A stretch of 55,398 nt of DNA from a virus. Its lineage: Duplodnaviria > Caudoviricetes. Below are positions 27,606 through 38,257 of the stretch, one piece after another. Under the pieces are notes generated by a model. It was not told where the DNA came from. It was given only the letters and a program-made list of their open reading frames with translations, and searched no databases. Position 1 is the stretch's first letter, and every line of letters starts with the position of its first letter. Made by a program: the position numbers and the translations under genes. The stretch is from positions 1-55,398 of IMG/VR virus record IMGVR_UViG_3300032236_000985, one strand, 5' to 3'.

Positions 27606-28933
27606 TGGATAAATTGAATACTATTTTGGATTTGGTAGAAGAATATATTAAAGAAAAGAACGAAAATAAGGTTTGGACTGCTGGGTTAGATTATGTTAAT
27701 TATGCAGGTCCATACTTTGATCATACAGAATTCACTTCTTCTGTAGAAACGCTACTCAACGGTTGGTTGGTAATGGGAACTGACTGTTTAAAGTTTGAAT
27801 ACAAATTCCCAAAGTATTTTGGGAAAGAATATGGTATTCTAACTAATAGTGGTTCTAGTTCTAATCTGTTGATGATGGCTAGTTTAACCAGTAAAAGAGG
27901 ATATGCTCTTCAAAAAGGTACAAAAGTTTTAACTCCAATTGCTGGATTTCCGACTACGCTAAATCCTATTTTACAGATGGGATTTGAACCTGTATTTGTT
28001 GATATTGAATTAAATTCATTGAATCTTGACCTTGATAAAGTAGAAGAAGCATTAAAGGATAATACAGATATTAAAGTAATCACCTTTGCTCATGTATTGG
28101 GAAATCCTCCTGACATGATTAGGTTGATGGAAATCGTAGATAGATATAATTTGATTCTTCTTGAAGATTGTTGCGATGCGTTAGGATCAACTTATGCAGG
28201 GCAACCATTAGGAAGTTTTGGCGAAATGGCATCTTGTAGTTTCTATCCTGCACACCACATCACTATGGGTGAAGGTGGATTTGTATCTTGTAATACCAAG
28301 GACCAAGAAACCATCCTTAGAAGCTTCAGAGAGTGGGGAAGAGGTTGCTATTGCGTAGGACCGAAGGCAAATACTTTAAAGTGCGGTACTTGTAAGAATA
28401 GATTCAGTAATTGGATTCCGTCTTTACCCGATGAAATCTTTGATCACAAATATGTGTATGATGAGATTGGTTATAATTTAAAGCCAATTGAATTACAGGG
28501 TTCTATGGGACTTCGACAGTTAGAAAAACTGGACAAGATTAAAGAATTACGAGTTCGTAATTATAACTTGTTGTTTGATATCTATAGTAAATATGAAGAA
28601 TATTTCCATTTACCAAGAGCAACAAATTTAAGTAGTCCTAGTTGGTTTGCGTTTCCTTTGACTGTTAAGAAAGATGCTCCGTTCAGTAGAAATGAATTTG
28701 TAAATTTCTTAGAAGACGCGAAGATCCAGACAAGACCTTATTTTGCCGGAAACATTATGTTACAACCCGCGTATTCTCATATAATGGATAAAGAAACCGC
28801 TGTAAGGGATTATCCTAACGCAACATTTACCACAACCAATACTTTTTTCCACGGAACCAGTCCAGTTATTACTCCTGAACAGATTTCGTATATCGGTTAT
28901 ATTGTAGATACGTTTATTTCAAAATATGAATGA
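27605..28933 (+). CDS. rfbH: RfbH/DdhC-like NDP-4-keto-6-deoxyglucose 3-dehydratase (E1)
   Basis: NSGSSSNL, FPTTLNP, EDCCDALGS, SFYPAHHITMGEGG (His at the PLP-Lys site), WGRGCYC...CGTC Fe-S loop, DHKY.Y..IGYNLK. Confidence 0.88.
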   Translation: MDKLNTILDLVEEYIKEKNENKVWTAGLDYVNYAGPYFDHTEFTSSVETLLNGWLVMGTDCLKFEYKFPKYFGKEYGILTNSGSSSNLLMMASLTSKRGYALQKGTKVLTPIAGFPTTLNPILQMGFEPVFVDIELNSLNLDLDKVEEALKDNTDIKVITFAHVLGNPPDMIRLMEIVDRYNLILLEDCCDALGSTYAGQPLGSFGEMASCSFYPAHHITMGEGGFVSCNTKDQETILRSFREWGRGCYCVGPKANTLKCGTCKNRFSNWIPSLPDEIFDHKYVYDEIGYNLKPIELQGSMGLRQLEKLDKIKELRVRNYNLLFDIYSKYEEYFHLPRATNLSSPSWFAFPLTVKKDAPFSRNEFVNFLEDAKIQTRPYFAGNIMLQPAYSHIMDKETAVRDYPNATFTTTNTFFHGTSPVITPEQISYIGYIVDTFISKYE

Positions 28934-29534
28934 ATTAGAAAGAAAAATTATTGATATTAGTTATAAGCATAAGATTGGACATTTAAGTTCCAATCTTACT
29001 GCTGTAAATATCATAGATGATATTTATGAAACTAAGAAGGTAGACGAACCTTTTGTATTAAGTTCCGGTCACGCTGGATTAGCGTTATATACTGTACTAG
29101 AAAAACATGAAGGAAGAGATGCTGAATATCTGTTTAATACATATGGCGTACATCCCCATAGAAGTATAGAAGACGGATTGTATTGTTCCACCGGAAGTCT
29201 AGGAATGGGATTAACCGTTGCTGTTGGTTATGCATTAGCAGATAGATCAAGAAACGTGTATTGTCTTATTTCTGACGGAGAAGCTGCAGAAGGATCAATT
29301 TGGGAAGCATTAAGATTCATTTATGAACAGAAATTAACCAATCTAAAAGTTTATGTTAACGTCAATGGCGTATGCGCATGCGACTATATTGATTCAATAT
29401 ATTTGGTTGATAGGCTGAAATCATTCCTACCTTCTATCAACATTTGTTATACTGAAATACCCAATTGGGATTTTGCTAAAGGAATTTTAACTCATTATTA
29501 TATTTTGAAAGATGAGGATATGGAAAAGTTATGA
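28926..29534 (+). CDS. Transketolase-like protein, N-terminal TPP-binding subunit
   Basis: GHLSS, LSSGH, TGSLGMG, SDGE..EG..WE. Confidence 0.87.
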   Translation: MNELERKIIDISYKHKIGHLSSNLTAVNIIDDIYETKKVDEPFVLSSGHAGLALYTVLEKHEGRDAEYLFNTYGVHPHRSIEDGLYCSTGSLGMGLTVAVGYALADRSRNVYCLISDGEAAEGSIWEALRFIYEQKLTNLKVYVNVNGVCACDYIDSIYLVDRLKSFLPSINICYTEIPNWDFAKGILTHYYILKDEDMEKL

Positions 29535-30010
29535 GGAAATTATTTGGGGAATTACTCGCTGACTATATGAAAAAAGACCAGAAAATCTGGACGTTAACAG
29601 GCGATCTTGGGTTTGGTATACTTAATAAAATCAAAGAAGATTTTCCAGATAGATACTATAACGTTGGAGCAGCAGAACAATTAATGGTTGGTACAGCTGT
29701 GGGACTTACGCATAACAAAATAATTCCTATTTGTTATAGTATAACTCCTTTTGTTATATTTCGGCCATATGAGTTTCTTAGAAACTATCTTGACCACGAA
29801 CTTGCTCCTGTTAAACTTGTAGGAACTGGAAGGGATTATGATTACGGCGATCTTGGATTTAGTCATTGGGCTATTGATGATGAATGCGCTTTGAAACCTT
29901 TCAGTAATATTCAAATATATAAGCCAAATAGCGATAATGAATTGATTGGTATTTTTGAAGAATTCCTATACAACGATAAACCATCATATTTGAATATTAA
30001 ACGATCATGA
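29531..30010 (+). CDS. Transketolase-like protein, pyrimidine-binding subunit
   Basis: LTGDLG, NVGAAEQ, F...RPYEF.R, G.SH. Confidence 0.87.
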   Translation: MRKLFGELLADYMKKDQKIWTLTGDLGFGILNKIKEDFPDRYYNVGAAEQLMVGTAVGLTHNKIIPICYSITPFVIFRPYEFLRNYLDHELAPVKLVGTGRDYDYGDLGFSHWAIDDECALKPFSNIQIYKPNSDNELIGIFEEFLYNDKPSYLNIKRS

Positions 30011-30786
30011 AAACATTATTACTTGGTGCAAATGGCTTTATTGGAAAATATCTTACTGATAATATGGATGTTATTCCTATTTCGAGAAAAGATTGTGATC
30101 TAACTGATAGAAATTCAGTAGTTACTTTGATTAAGTCCCATAGCCCAGATTTAGTCATTAATTGCGCTTCAAATCTGAATACTGATATTGAGCCTTTTAA
30201 TTATAGGTATTTTTTTGAAAATCTTAATATCTTTTATAACATCAACGCCGCAAAAGAATATTTCGATAAGTTCATTAATTTTGGATCTGGCGCGGAATTC
30301 GATAGAAGTAATAGTATTGATAATGTGGAAGAAGAATCAATTAAAAAAATTAAACCATTTGATCATTACGGTTTAAGTAAGAATCATATAGCAAATGCTT
30401 GTTTATCGATTCCTAATTTCTACACATTGAGATTGTTTGGTTGTTTCCACGAATCCGAAAAATCAAGCAGATTATTCAAGCGATTAATGACCGAAAAAGA
30501 AATTACAATACAAGATCGATATTTCGATTATTTCTGGCTTGGTGATTTACCTAAAGTAATTGACTATGTTGTAAAAGACGGTACAATAAAAGATATGAAT
30601 TTAGTATACAAGAACAAATATCTAATTAGCGAATTAGTATCTAAATTTATAGAGTCCCATGAATTAGATATTAATGTTACATATATTAAGAATAATAAAA
30701 ATTATACTGGTAATGCGGATAAGTTACTTGATCAAAATTTGGAGCTGTCTGGCATACGATATGGAATGGAGAATTATATAAAATGA
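30007..30786 (+). CDS. NAD-dependent NDP-sugar epimerase/reductase (extended SDR)
   Basis: GANGFIG, GSGAE, YGLSK. Confidence 0.85.
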   Translation: MKTLLLGANGFIGKYLTDNMDVIPISRKDCDLTDRNSVVTLIKSHSPDLVINCASNLNTDIEPFNYRYFFENLNIFYNINAAKEYFDKFINFGSGAEFDRSNSIDNVEEESIKKIKPFDHYGLSKNHIANACLSIPNFYTLRLFGCFHESEKSSRLFKRLMTEKEITIQDRYFDYFWLGDLPKVIDYVVKDGTIKDMNLVYKNKYLISELVSKFIESHELDINVTYIKNNKNYTGNADKLLDQNLELSGIRYGMENYIK

Positions 30787-31724
30787 AAATTGTTTATGTA
30801 ACTGGTTGTCTTGGATTTATTGGATCATACGTTACTTTAGCGTGTCTAAAGAAAGGTTGGTATGTTATTGGCGTTGATAAAATGACATATGCAGCTAGTC
30901 CCGAATTAATTGAAAAACTTTCTTGGTATCCAAGATTTAAGTTTATAAAATCTGATATTAATGATTTGGATTATTTGTATGATTGTGATTATATCATAAA
31001 TACCGCAGCAGAAACTCATGTCGATAATTCAATTGTTAGTTCTGAAGAATTCCTTCATAGCAATGTTAATGGCGTTCATCATCTTCTTGAACTGATTAAA
31101 CAAAAACATAAGTTCAAAATGCCTACATTTATTCATTTCAGTACAGATGAAGTGTATGGTGATATCGTTGATGGGGCGCATAAAGAGACTGATCTTCTGA
31201 AACCGTCTAATCCTTATTCTGCTACAAAAGCATCTGCTGACATGCTTGTGACTGCTTGGGGAAGAACTTTTAACGTACCTTATATTATTGTAAGGCCATC
31301 TAATAATTACGGTATCCGTCAGCATCCAGAAAAACTAATTCCGAAAGCGTGTAAGTATTTAAGTTTAGGGAGAGAGATTCCTGTACATGAGTATGGAAAA
31401 CCAGTTAGAACTTGGTTACACGCTTCTGATACTGCATCAGCTGTTATTCATATTATAGAATCTGGTGTAGTAAACGAGATATATAATATCGGCGGCAATT
31501 ATGAAGATAAAAACATTAATGTTCTTGAAAAGTTGATTTACAACTATAATGGCGATACAGATATAACCCAGTATGTCGATTTTAAATACAGCAGACCGGG
31601 ACAAGACGTAAGATATTCTATTGATGATTCTAAACTGAAAGCACTTGGTTGGGAACCAAAAGCAGATTTCGATACTGAATTAAAAAATATTGTTGAATAT
31701 TATATTAAAAATTTTATTTGGTAA
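30783..31724 (+). CDS. rmlB: dTDP-glucose 4,6-dehydratase
   Basis: [43 protein letters not shown]. Confidence 0.9.
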   Translation: MKIVYVTGCLGFIGSYVTLACLKKGWYVIGVDKMTYAASPELIEKLSWYPRFKFIKSDINDLDYLYDCDYIINTAAETHVDNSIVSSEEFLHSNVNGVHHLLELIKQKHKFKMPTFIHFSTDEVYGDIVDGAHKETDLLKPSNPYSATKASADMLVTAWGRTFNVPYIIVRPSNNYGIRQHPEKLIPKACKYLSLGREIPVHEYGKPVRTWLHASDTASAVIHIIESGVVNEIYNIGGNYEDKNINVLEKLIYNYNGDTDITQYVDFKYSRPGQDVRYSIDDSKLKALGWEPKADFDTELKNIVEYYIKNFIW

Positions 31725-31735
31725 AGGTGAATATA

Positions 31736-32752
31736 ATGAAAAAAGCATTGATCTTTGGCGTAACAGGCCAAGACGGTTCGTATCTAGCAGAACTTCTTCT
31801 TGATAAGGGTTATGAGGTACATGGGGTAAAGCGTAGAAGTTCTTCATATAATACTTCAAGAGTTGATCATATCTTTAGTGATGCTAATTTTAAACTCCAC
31901 TATGGTGATGTTACTGATTCGTTGAACGTAACTTCTCTTATTCAAGAAATTAAGCCAGATGAAATTTATAATTTAGCTGCTCAATCCCATGTTAAAGTTT
32001 CTTTTGAAATTCCAGAATATACAGGGAATGTTGATGCTCTAGGTACTCTTCGTATTCTAGAATCCATTCGTCTTCTTGGTATGGAAGATAAAGTAAAGTT
32101 TTATCAAGCATCTACTTCTGAACTTTATGGATTGGTTCAAGAAATTCCACAATCAGAAACAACTCCTTTCTATCCTAGAAGTCCTTATGGTGTTGCTAAA
32201 CTCTATGGTTTCTGGATTCTTAAAAATTACAGAGAAGCGTATAACATATTTGCTTGTAATGGTATTTTATTTAATCACGAGAGTCCCCGTAGAGGCGAAA
32301 CATTTGTTACCCAAAAGATTGTAATGGGGTTATATGATATTCACAAGAATAAGTCTGATTGTTTATATCTGGGTAACTTGAATTCCTTACGTGATTGGGG
32401 ACATGCTAGAGATTACGTTGAGGCGATGTATTTGATGCTGCAACAGGATAAGGCAGATGATTATGTTATCGCAACTGGCGTACAATACTCTGTAAAACAA
32501 TTTGTCGAAGCTTGTTCTCCTTATTTCGGTATTCGTATTACTTGGCAAGGCGAAGGATTGGATGAAGTTGGTATTGATTCTCTAACTGGAAAAGTCGTAG
32601 TAAGAGTAGATCCAAAGTATTTTAGGCCAACTGAAGTTGAAACTCTTCTTGGCGATCCTACTAAAGCAAAAACAGTTCTTGGTTGGAAACCTAGTTATTC
32701 GTTTGAAGCATTAGTTGATGATATGTGTTCTTCTATTTTACGTAAAAAATAA
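31736..32752 (+). CDS. gmd: GDP-mannose 4,6-dehydratase
   Basis: [50 protein letters not shown]. Confidence 0.96.
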   Translation: MKKALIFGVTGQDGSYLAELLLDKGYEVHGVKRRSSSYNTSRVDHIFSDANFKLHYGDVTDSLNVTSLIQEIKPDEIYNLAAQSHVKVSFEIPEYTGNVDALGTLRILESIRLLGMEDKVKFYQASTSELYGLVQEIPQSETTPFYPRSPYGVAKLYGFWILKNYREAYNIFACNGILFNHESPRRGETFVTQKIVMGLYDIHKNKSDCLYLGNLNSLRDWGHARDYVEAMYLMLQQDKADDYVIATGVQYSVKQFVEACSPYFGIRITWQGEGLDEVGIDSLTGKVVVRVDPKYFRPTEVETLLGDPTKAKTVLGWKPSYSFEALVDDMCSSILRKK

Positions 32753-32753
32753 T

Positions 32754-33455
32754 ATGAATAAGATAATTTCTATGAGTGTATGGGGAAACGACCCCAGATA
32801 TATTGTTGGAGCAAAACGACAAATTGAACTTGCTAAAAAGTATTATCCTGATTGGAAGGTTAGGATTTACACAGATAACATTCTCAATTTTGAAGATCAA
32901 ACGGGAATTGAACTTCATTTAGTCGTTAATGGTATGTATGGAATGTTTTGGCGTTTCTTACCTATGTTCGAAGACCCAAGAAGTATTGTCATGGTAAGAG
33001 ATTCAGATAGCAGAATTACCATCAGAGAAGCAAGAGCAATTGAAGAATGGCTGGCTTCTGATAAGAACTTCCACGTATTCAGGGATCATGACGCGCATTT
33101 TGAATTTCCAATTATCGGATGCGCTTTTGCATACAAAGGTTGTTTTGGTACTAATCTTGAAGATTTTATGATCAAATACGCGACTGATAATAAATTCTAT
33201 CTAAGTGATCAATTCTTTTTACGAGACCATATCTACCCACTAGTCAAGAATAGTATGATGGTTCATTCTATGAATGATGATGGATGGTTTAAAGATACGA
33301 GAGAAAAATTAGTAAACAAATATTCATTCTGCGGTAATGGGTATGATGAAAATGATATGCCTCTTTACGCTGACTCATTAAAAGCGATGGAAGGATTTGA
33401 TCCTAAATGGGTTGCTGATGAATATAAATTTGATGAAGGTGTTTTAGATGAGTAA
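32754..33455 (+). CDS. Glycan-locus conserved protein, putative glycosyltransferase
   Basis: IISMSVWG, GMFWRF, VRDSDSR, RDH..H, DQFFL. Confidence 0.5.
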   Translation: MNKIISMSVWGNDPRYIVGAKRQIELAKKYYPDWKVRIYTDNILNFEDQTGIELHLVVNGMYGMFWRFLPMFEDPRSIVMVRDSDSRITIREARAIEEWLASDKNFHVFRDHDAHFEFPIIGCAFAYKGCFGTNLEDFMIKYATDNKFYLSDQFFLRDHIYPLVKNSMMVHSMNDDGWFKDTREKLVNKYSFCGNGYDENDMPLYADSLKAMEGFDPKWVADEYKFDEGVLDE

Positions 33456-34269
33456 ATCGTATTATATCCTTCCTACGCATAATAAAGAAGAATTGATTGA
33501 GAAGGTTCTTTATGGCATCTTAGATTCACACTCTAAAGAATCGTGTCCTCCAACAATAATCTGTATTTTGGATGGTTGTTTGGATAAGACAGAAGATAAA
33601 GTATATGACATTAAAGATAAATGTAAATTCCCAGAATTTTTTCATATCTTAAAAGCAAATGACGTTCATGAAATAGAATGTTTGAATATGGGATTAACCT
33701 ATATTCAGCATTATCTTTCTCCAAATGCTAATGATCTTGTATTCATGGTTCAGGATGACGTTATCTTAGACGAACCAGATATTGACAAGAAGTTTGAGGA
33801 ATTATTTAATTCTAGAGATGACTTAGGTTATGTTTCTATGAGACTTGGTGTTTCTGTATACCAACATAACGACGAATTGAAAGAAGAAAATTACATCGAA
33901 TCTGAGTTTGGACATTGGAACCAATTAGGATGGAATTTCCATAGAGTCGTTAAACATGGAGAATTCGTAGAATCTGAAATTGCTATTAGAAGTCCAACTT
34001 GTACTCAATGGAAACGTTATCACGAATATGGATTCTTTGATATTGCTTTAGCTCCTTGTGGATATGATTGTCATGACTTCAGCATAAGAATGAACGAAGC
34101 TGGACTTGTCAACGGAGTATATGGAATGAAATTCCGAAGCGATGTTGATTGGGGAAGTATGAGACAAAATAAACCAACTGAATACACAGAACAAAAAGTT
34201 GGTTATATATATGAAAGAAATAGAAAATATGTTGTTGAAAAACATCGTGAGTATTTTGGAGTTAAATAA
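33448..34269 (+). CDS. Glycosyltransferase family 2
   Basis: ILPTHN, LDGC.D.T, QDD. Confidence 0.75.
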   Translation: MSKSYYILPTHNKEELIEKVLYGILDSHSKESCPPTIICILDGCLDKTEDKVYDIKDKCKFPEFFHILKANDVHEIECLNMGLTYIQHYLSPNANDLVFMVQDDVILDEPDIDKKFEELFNSRDDLGYVSMRLGVSVYQHNDELKEENYIESEFGHWNQLGWNFHRVVKHGEFVESEIAIRSPTCTQWKRYHEYGFFDIALAPCGYDCHDFSIRMNEAGLVNGVYGMKFRSDVDWGSMRQNKPTEYTEQKVGYIYERNRKYVVEKHREYFGVK

Positions 34270-35207
34270 TGGAAAAAGATTCTAAGATTTATGTTGCTGG
34301 CCATACGGGACTTGTTGGTTCTGCTTTGGTAAGAGAATTGACTAAAAATGGTTATACTAATATCATTTGTCGTACAAGAGGAGAACTTGATTTAACTGAT
34401 CAGAAAGCAGTTGAAGAATTCTTCGTTTCAGAAAAACCTGAATATGTTTTTCTAGCCGCAGCTAAAGTTGGCGGTATCAATTATAATAAAACATATCCTG
34501 CAGATTTCATTACCGAAAATCTCGAAATCCAGACAAATGTTATCAAGTTCGCGCATGCTAATGAGTGTAAGAAACTTCTGTTTTTAGGAAGTGCTTGCAT
34601 CTATCCTAAGATCACACAGCAGCCAATCAAAGAAGATTATTTGATGACTGCTCCTCTTGAGCCTACTAATAATGCATATGCCATTGCTAAGATTGCCGGT
34701 CTTACAATGTGCCAAAAGTATACTCAACAGTATGGGTTCAATTGCATTAGCGTAATGCCTACAAACCTATATGGGATTTATGATCGTTTCAATATTGAAA
34801 ACGGACATGTTATTCCAGGTCTTATTAATAAATTTGTAACAGCTAAAGAGAACAATGATTCAACTATCACTTGTTGGGGAGATGGTTCGCCAACAAGAGA
34901 GTTCCTGTTTTCTGATGATTTAGCAGATGCTTGTATCTTCTTGATGAATAATTATGATTCTGATGAGATTATTAATGTGGGTATTGATAATGAAATTACA
35001 ATGAAAGATTTAGCGGAAAAGTTAAAGCAAATCATTGATTTCCAAGGAGAAATTATTTGGGACACTTCTAAACCAAATGGTACTCCTCGTCGTAAAGTTT
35101 GTAATGAGCGTATATATAATCTTGGATGGCGTCCAAAGTATGAATTGGACGAAGGATTAAAAATTACTATTGAATGGTTCATGAACAACAGAGGAATTTG
35201 TAAGTGA
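34269..35207 (+). CDS. fcl: GDP-L-fucose synthase / ColC-like epimerase-reductase
   Basis: AGHTGLVGSA, AAAKVGGI, FLGSACIYP, LEPTN..YAIAK, MPTNLYG, WGDGSPTREF. Confidence 0.93.
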   Translation: MEKDSKIYVAGHTGLVGSALVRELTKNGYTNIICRTRGELDLTDQKAVEEFFVSEKPEYVFLAAAKVGGINYNKTYPADFITENLEIQTNVIKFAHANECKKLLFLGSACIYPKITQQPIKEDYLMTAPLEPTNNAYAIAKIAGLTMCQKYTQQYGFNCISVMPTNLYGIYDRFNIENGHVIPGLINKFVTAKENNDSTITCWGDGSPTREFLFSDDLADACIFLMNNYDSDEIINVGIDNEITMKDLAEKLKQIIDFQGEIIWDTSKPNGTPRRKVCNERIYNLGWRPKYELDEGLKITIEWFMNNRGICK

Positions 35208-36385
35208 AATGGAAATTAATGGAAGATGCTATCTCGTTCAGAGATAAGTTTAAATTAGCAAAGTTTGTTTTAACAGCAAACCAATTCACCAACGGTCCAA
35301 AGGTTAAAGAACTTGAAGACGCTTGGAGTAGATGGTTAGGTTGTAATCATTCATTATTCGTGTCTTCTGGTAGCACAGCTAACTTTCTATTACTTGCTGC
35401 AGTAAAAGACTATTATGGATTAAAGGCAGGTGATAAGGTTTTACTACCTTCTTGCACGTGGATGACAAATGTTGCTCCAGTGATCCAGTTAGGACTACAG
35501 CCTATTTTTTGCGATATTCAATTATCAGATTTTAGTTTTGATGAAAATGAATTAGAAAAATTAGCAAAGAAGCATAAAGATATTAAATTAATTTTCGTAA
35601 CTCATCTTCTTGGATTTTCGTCAAAATCTAGAATAAACGGAAGATTAAACGAATTATTCCCAAAAGCTTATATAATGGACGATGTATGTGAATCGCATGG
35701 TTGTAAGTTATATAATGGTGAAAAGGTGGGTTCAGATAGAAGTTCTGTCGGGGCAACTTTTTCTACATATTTCGGACATCATCTGACTTCAATTGAAGGT
35801 GGGTTTGTTTCCACTAACAATTATGAATTGTATGATTTGATGAAAATGAAAAGAAGTCATGGAATGGCTAGAGAATCTATGTATTATGCTGAATATGCAG
35901 CACAATTTCCTAGCATTGATAAGCAATTTCTTTTCATCACAGATGGGTATAATTTCCGTAATACCGAATTGAACGCTGTATTGGGATTATCGCAATTAGA
36001 ACGATTAGATTCTTCTATCGAAATACGAAATAAGAATTATAAAAAGTTTTGTGACATTATCAATACATTCAGTGATCTGTTTTATCCCATAGAATATACA
36101 GAAACGTCTAGTAATTTCTGTTTACCATTTGTTTGTCTTTCTATGGAAATAAAGAAGAGATTGGTTGATGCGTTTATTGCCAATAATATCGAATATAGAC
36201 CAATTGTTTCTGGAAATCTTTTAAGACAACCGTTTTTACGAGATTACAGAATCGATACTAAAAAGACAGTAACCAACGCCGATATTATCCACACATTAGG
36301 ATTATACATTGGTAACAGTCAATTTGTAGGCGATAAGCATTTGGATTTGTTAGTTGATATTTTAGGTGATGTATGCAAGAATTAA
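35204..36385 (+). CDS. ColD-like GDP-4-keto-6-deoxymannose 3-dehydratase (DegT/DnrJ fold)
   Basis: VSSGSTAN, D.CESHG, FSTYFGHHLTSIEGG (His at the PLP-Lys site), RSHG, GYNFR, RPIVSGN. Confidence 0.75.
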   Translation: MKWKLMEDAISFRDKFKLAKFVLTANQFTNGPKVKELEDAWSRWLGCNHSLFVSSGSTANFLLLAAVKDYYGLKAGDKVLLPSCTWMTNVAPVIQLGLQPIFCDIQLSDFSFDENELEKLAKKHKDIKLIFVTHLLGFSSKSRINGRLNELFPKAYIMDDVCESHGCKLYNGEKVGSDRSSVGATFSTYFGHHLTSIEGGFVSTNNYELYDLMKMKRSHGMARESMYYAEYAAQFPSIDKQFLFITDGYNFRNTELNAVLGLSQLERLDSSIEIRNKNYKKFCDIINTFSDLFYPIEYTETSSNFCLPFVCLSMEIKKRLVDAFIANNIEYRPIVSGNLLRQPFLRDYRIDTKKTVTNADIIHTLGLYIGNSQFVGDKHLDLLVDILGDVCKN

Positions 36386-37167
36386 AGGAAATTACTAAAA
36401 ATTATTCAGTCGTATTTGTTGGGCCAGTTAGGAATTGCGCTCCTTTTTTACGGGATGTATTTAAAAATATAGAAAGAATTGGTAGCCTCTTTAAATCATA
36501 TTCTTGCGTATTTGTTGAAAGTGATTCTACAGATAATAGTTATGAACTCTTAGAAGAATATGCTAAGAAAAATCCTAATGTTTACGCAGTTACTTTGGGT
36601 AAACTAGAACCTCGAATAATGTCCAGAACAATGAGAATTGCTACTGCTAGAAACGCAGCTATTCAAATTTGCGAAGATAAAGGATTAATGGATTCTCACG
36701 ATTTCTATATCCAGATGTGTGTTGATGATGTAATGGCCCAAGAAATGGATCTTGATGGTATTTTAAGTTGTTTTAAATATGATCTATCGACTTGGGATGT
36801 TATGACAGCTAATCAAAATACCTATTATGATCTATGGACTCTTAGAAAAGAAGGTTGGTTGAATTACGATTGTTGGTATGAAGTACAACGTAGACCATCA
36901 TTCATGTCTTTGGAAGATGCTAAAAATATATTTGTTGGATCTAGATTCATCAAAATTCCTAAGAATTATGGATTGATTGAAGTAGACGCTGCTCATGGAG
37001 GATTTTCCATCTATAAGACATCAATTGCTAAAGGATGTAGATATAGAGGATTCAATCAACAAAATAATTTTGAAGAATCAGATATTATCTCTTTTTGCGA
37101 AGGAGTTAAGGCAAAAGGAGGAAAAATCTTTATAAATTCGGAACTTATCAACATTAGAGATAATTAA
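36373..37167 (+). CDS. Putative glycosyltransferase
   Basis: GPVRN, ESDSTD, A.ARN, YYDLWTLR, AHGGFSIYK. Confidence 0.65.
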   Translation: MQELKEITKNYSVVFVGPVRNCAPFLRDVFKNIERIGSLFKSYSCVFVESDSTDNSYELLEEYAKKNPNVYAVTLGKLEPRIMSRTMRIATARNAAIQICEDKGLMDSHDFYIQMCVDDVMAQEMDLDGILSCFKYDLSTWDVMTANQNTYYDLWTLRKEGWLNYDCWYEVQRRPSFMSLEDAKNIFVGSRFIKIPKNYGLIEVDAAHGGFSIYKTSIAKGCRYRGFNQQNNFEESDIISFCEGVKAKGGKIFINSELINIRDN

Positions 37168-37170
37168 ATA

Positions 37171-37178
37171 GATAAATA
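37171..37178 (+). promoter_or_regulatory. Late promoter variant
   Basis: GATAAATA (NATAAATA) at the boundary between the glycan island and the virion-protein cluster. Confidence 0.5.
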
Positions 37179-37206
37179 CTCTTATTGTTTAAATAAGGTA
37201 TTTTAC

Positions 37207-38253
37207 ATGAGCAATATATTATTTGTAGTAGGTGGCCCAGGTTCTGGGAAAGATATTATCATAAAAAATCTCAACGAACATTTCGTTCTGAAAGAATATA
37301 ATATAGAGCAAATTAAGGATACTGATGTATTGGCTGATGATTGTATTGTCTCAGCCAATGCATATAAGTTAGCTGATATATTGGCATTAAAAGAATCAAT
37401 AAATAAAGATAATAATATAGCATTAATATACGTTGATGTATATGATGCTGTTTCTAAAGCCAGATTATTGAATCGAAATATTAATGAATCTGTTAGAATG
37501 GACAGGCTCATTGATTCCAAACTCAATCTTCAGAAATTCAAAGAAGATTTCTCGGATGTATATTATTTCAATAATAGTTTTAATATAGAATCAAATAATA
37601 CCAAAGAACAATTAAGTGAATTAGCTGATGAATTAGCTAAAAGAACCAGTTTAGAAAATAAAAGAAAAGAAGGATTAGTTGCAGCTAAAAGGAATAGAAT
37701 TCTTTATAAAAAGAAAGTAGAGAAAGATGCGAAGGAAGTATCAAAAATGAATCCTCCTCAATTAGATAAACAAACTAAAGATTTTGTTGATTATCATTTA
37801 GGAAATAAATTGACGCACGATCTTAAAAAGGTTAAAGAAGATTCGGAATATTCGAATTTTAAAACGGATAAAGAAGTAAAAAAGCAAAAGAAAATTCCTG
37901 CGGAAAAGTTTTTAAAAGGAATTATTCCAAGGAAATCTTTGGGACCAACTTTTGATACAAGAGATACTGGCGATACTGCTCTCATACAGACGTATACCAC
38001 AAAAACTTTTGAAGATTATAGAAATTTAGACGATTTTTTGGATGAAGCTGTAGATTCTCCTAATGCTGCTGATACAGGATTATTTGGCGCAGTGAACAGT
38101 CCAAATGTTAATCAAACTAATGACAAACCTTTGTTTGGATATCAGGTCGCGAAAGAAAAGAACAAAAATAGAAAAAAGAATTTCGAAACCGATAAAGAAA
38201 TGAAGAAAGAATCGACATATAAAAAAGTAAAAAAGATATTTTTCAGAGGATAA
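37207..38253 (+). CDS. P-loop-containing protein, probably late/virion-associated
   Basis: VVGGPGSGKD Walker A; Lys-rich low-complexity C-terminal half. Confidence 0.55.
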   Translation: MSNILFVVGGPGSGKDIIIKNLNEHFVLKEYNIEQIKDTDVLADDCIVSANAYKLADILALKESINKDNNIALIYVDVYDAVSKARLLNRNINESVRMDRLIDSKLNLQKFKEDFSDVYYFNNSFNIESNNTKEQLSELADELAKRTSLENKRKEGLVAAKRNRILYKKKVEKDAKEVSKMNPPQLDKQTKDFVDYHLGNKLTHDLKKVKEDSEYSNFKTDKEVKKQKKIPAEKFLKGIIPRKSLGPTFDTRDTGDTALIQTYTTKTFEDYRNLDDFLDEAVDSPNAADTGLFGAVNSPNVNQTNDKPLFGYQVAKEKNKNRKKNFETDKEMKKESTYKKVKKIFFRG

Positions 38254-38257
38254 CTAA

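Noticed and set aside
37207-38253. Zeta toxin of a toxin-antitoxin pair
   Set aside because: Only a Walker A is evident; other zeta motifs and an antitoxin are not recognisable.
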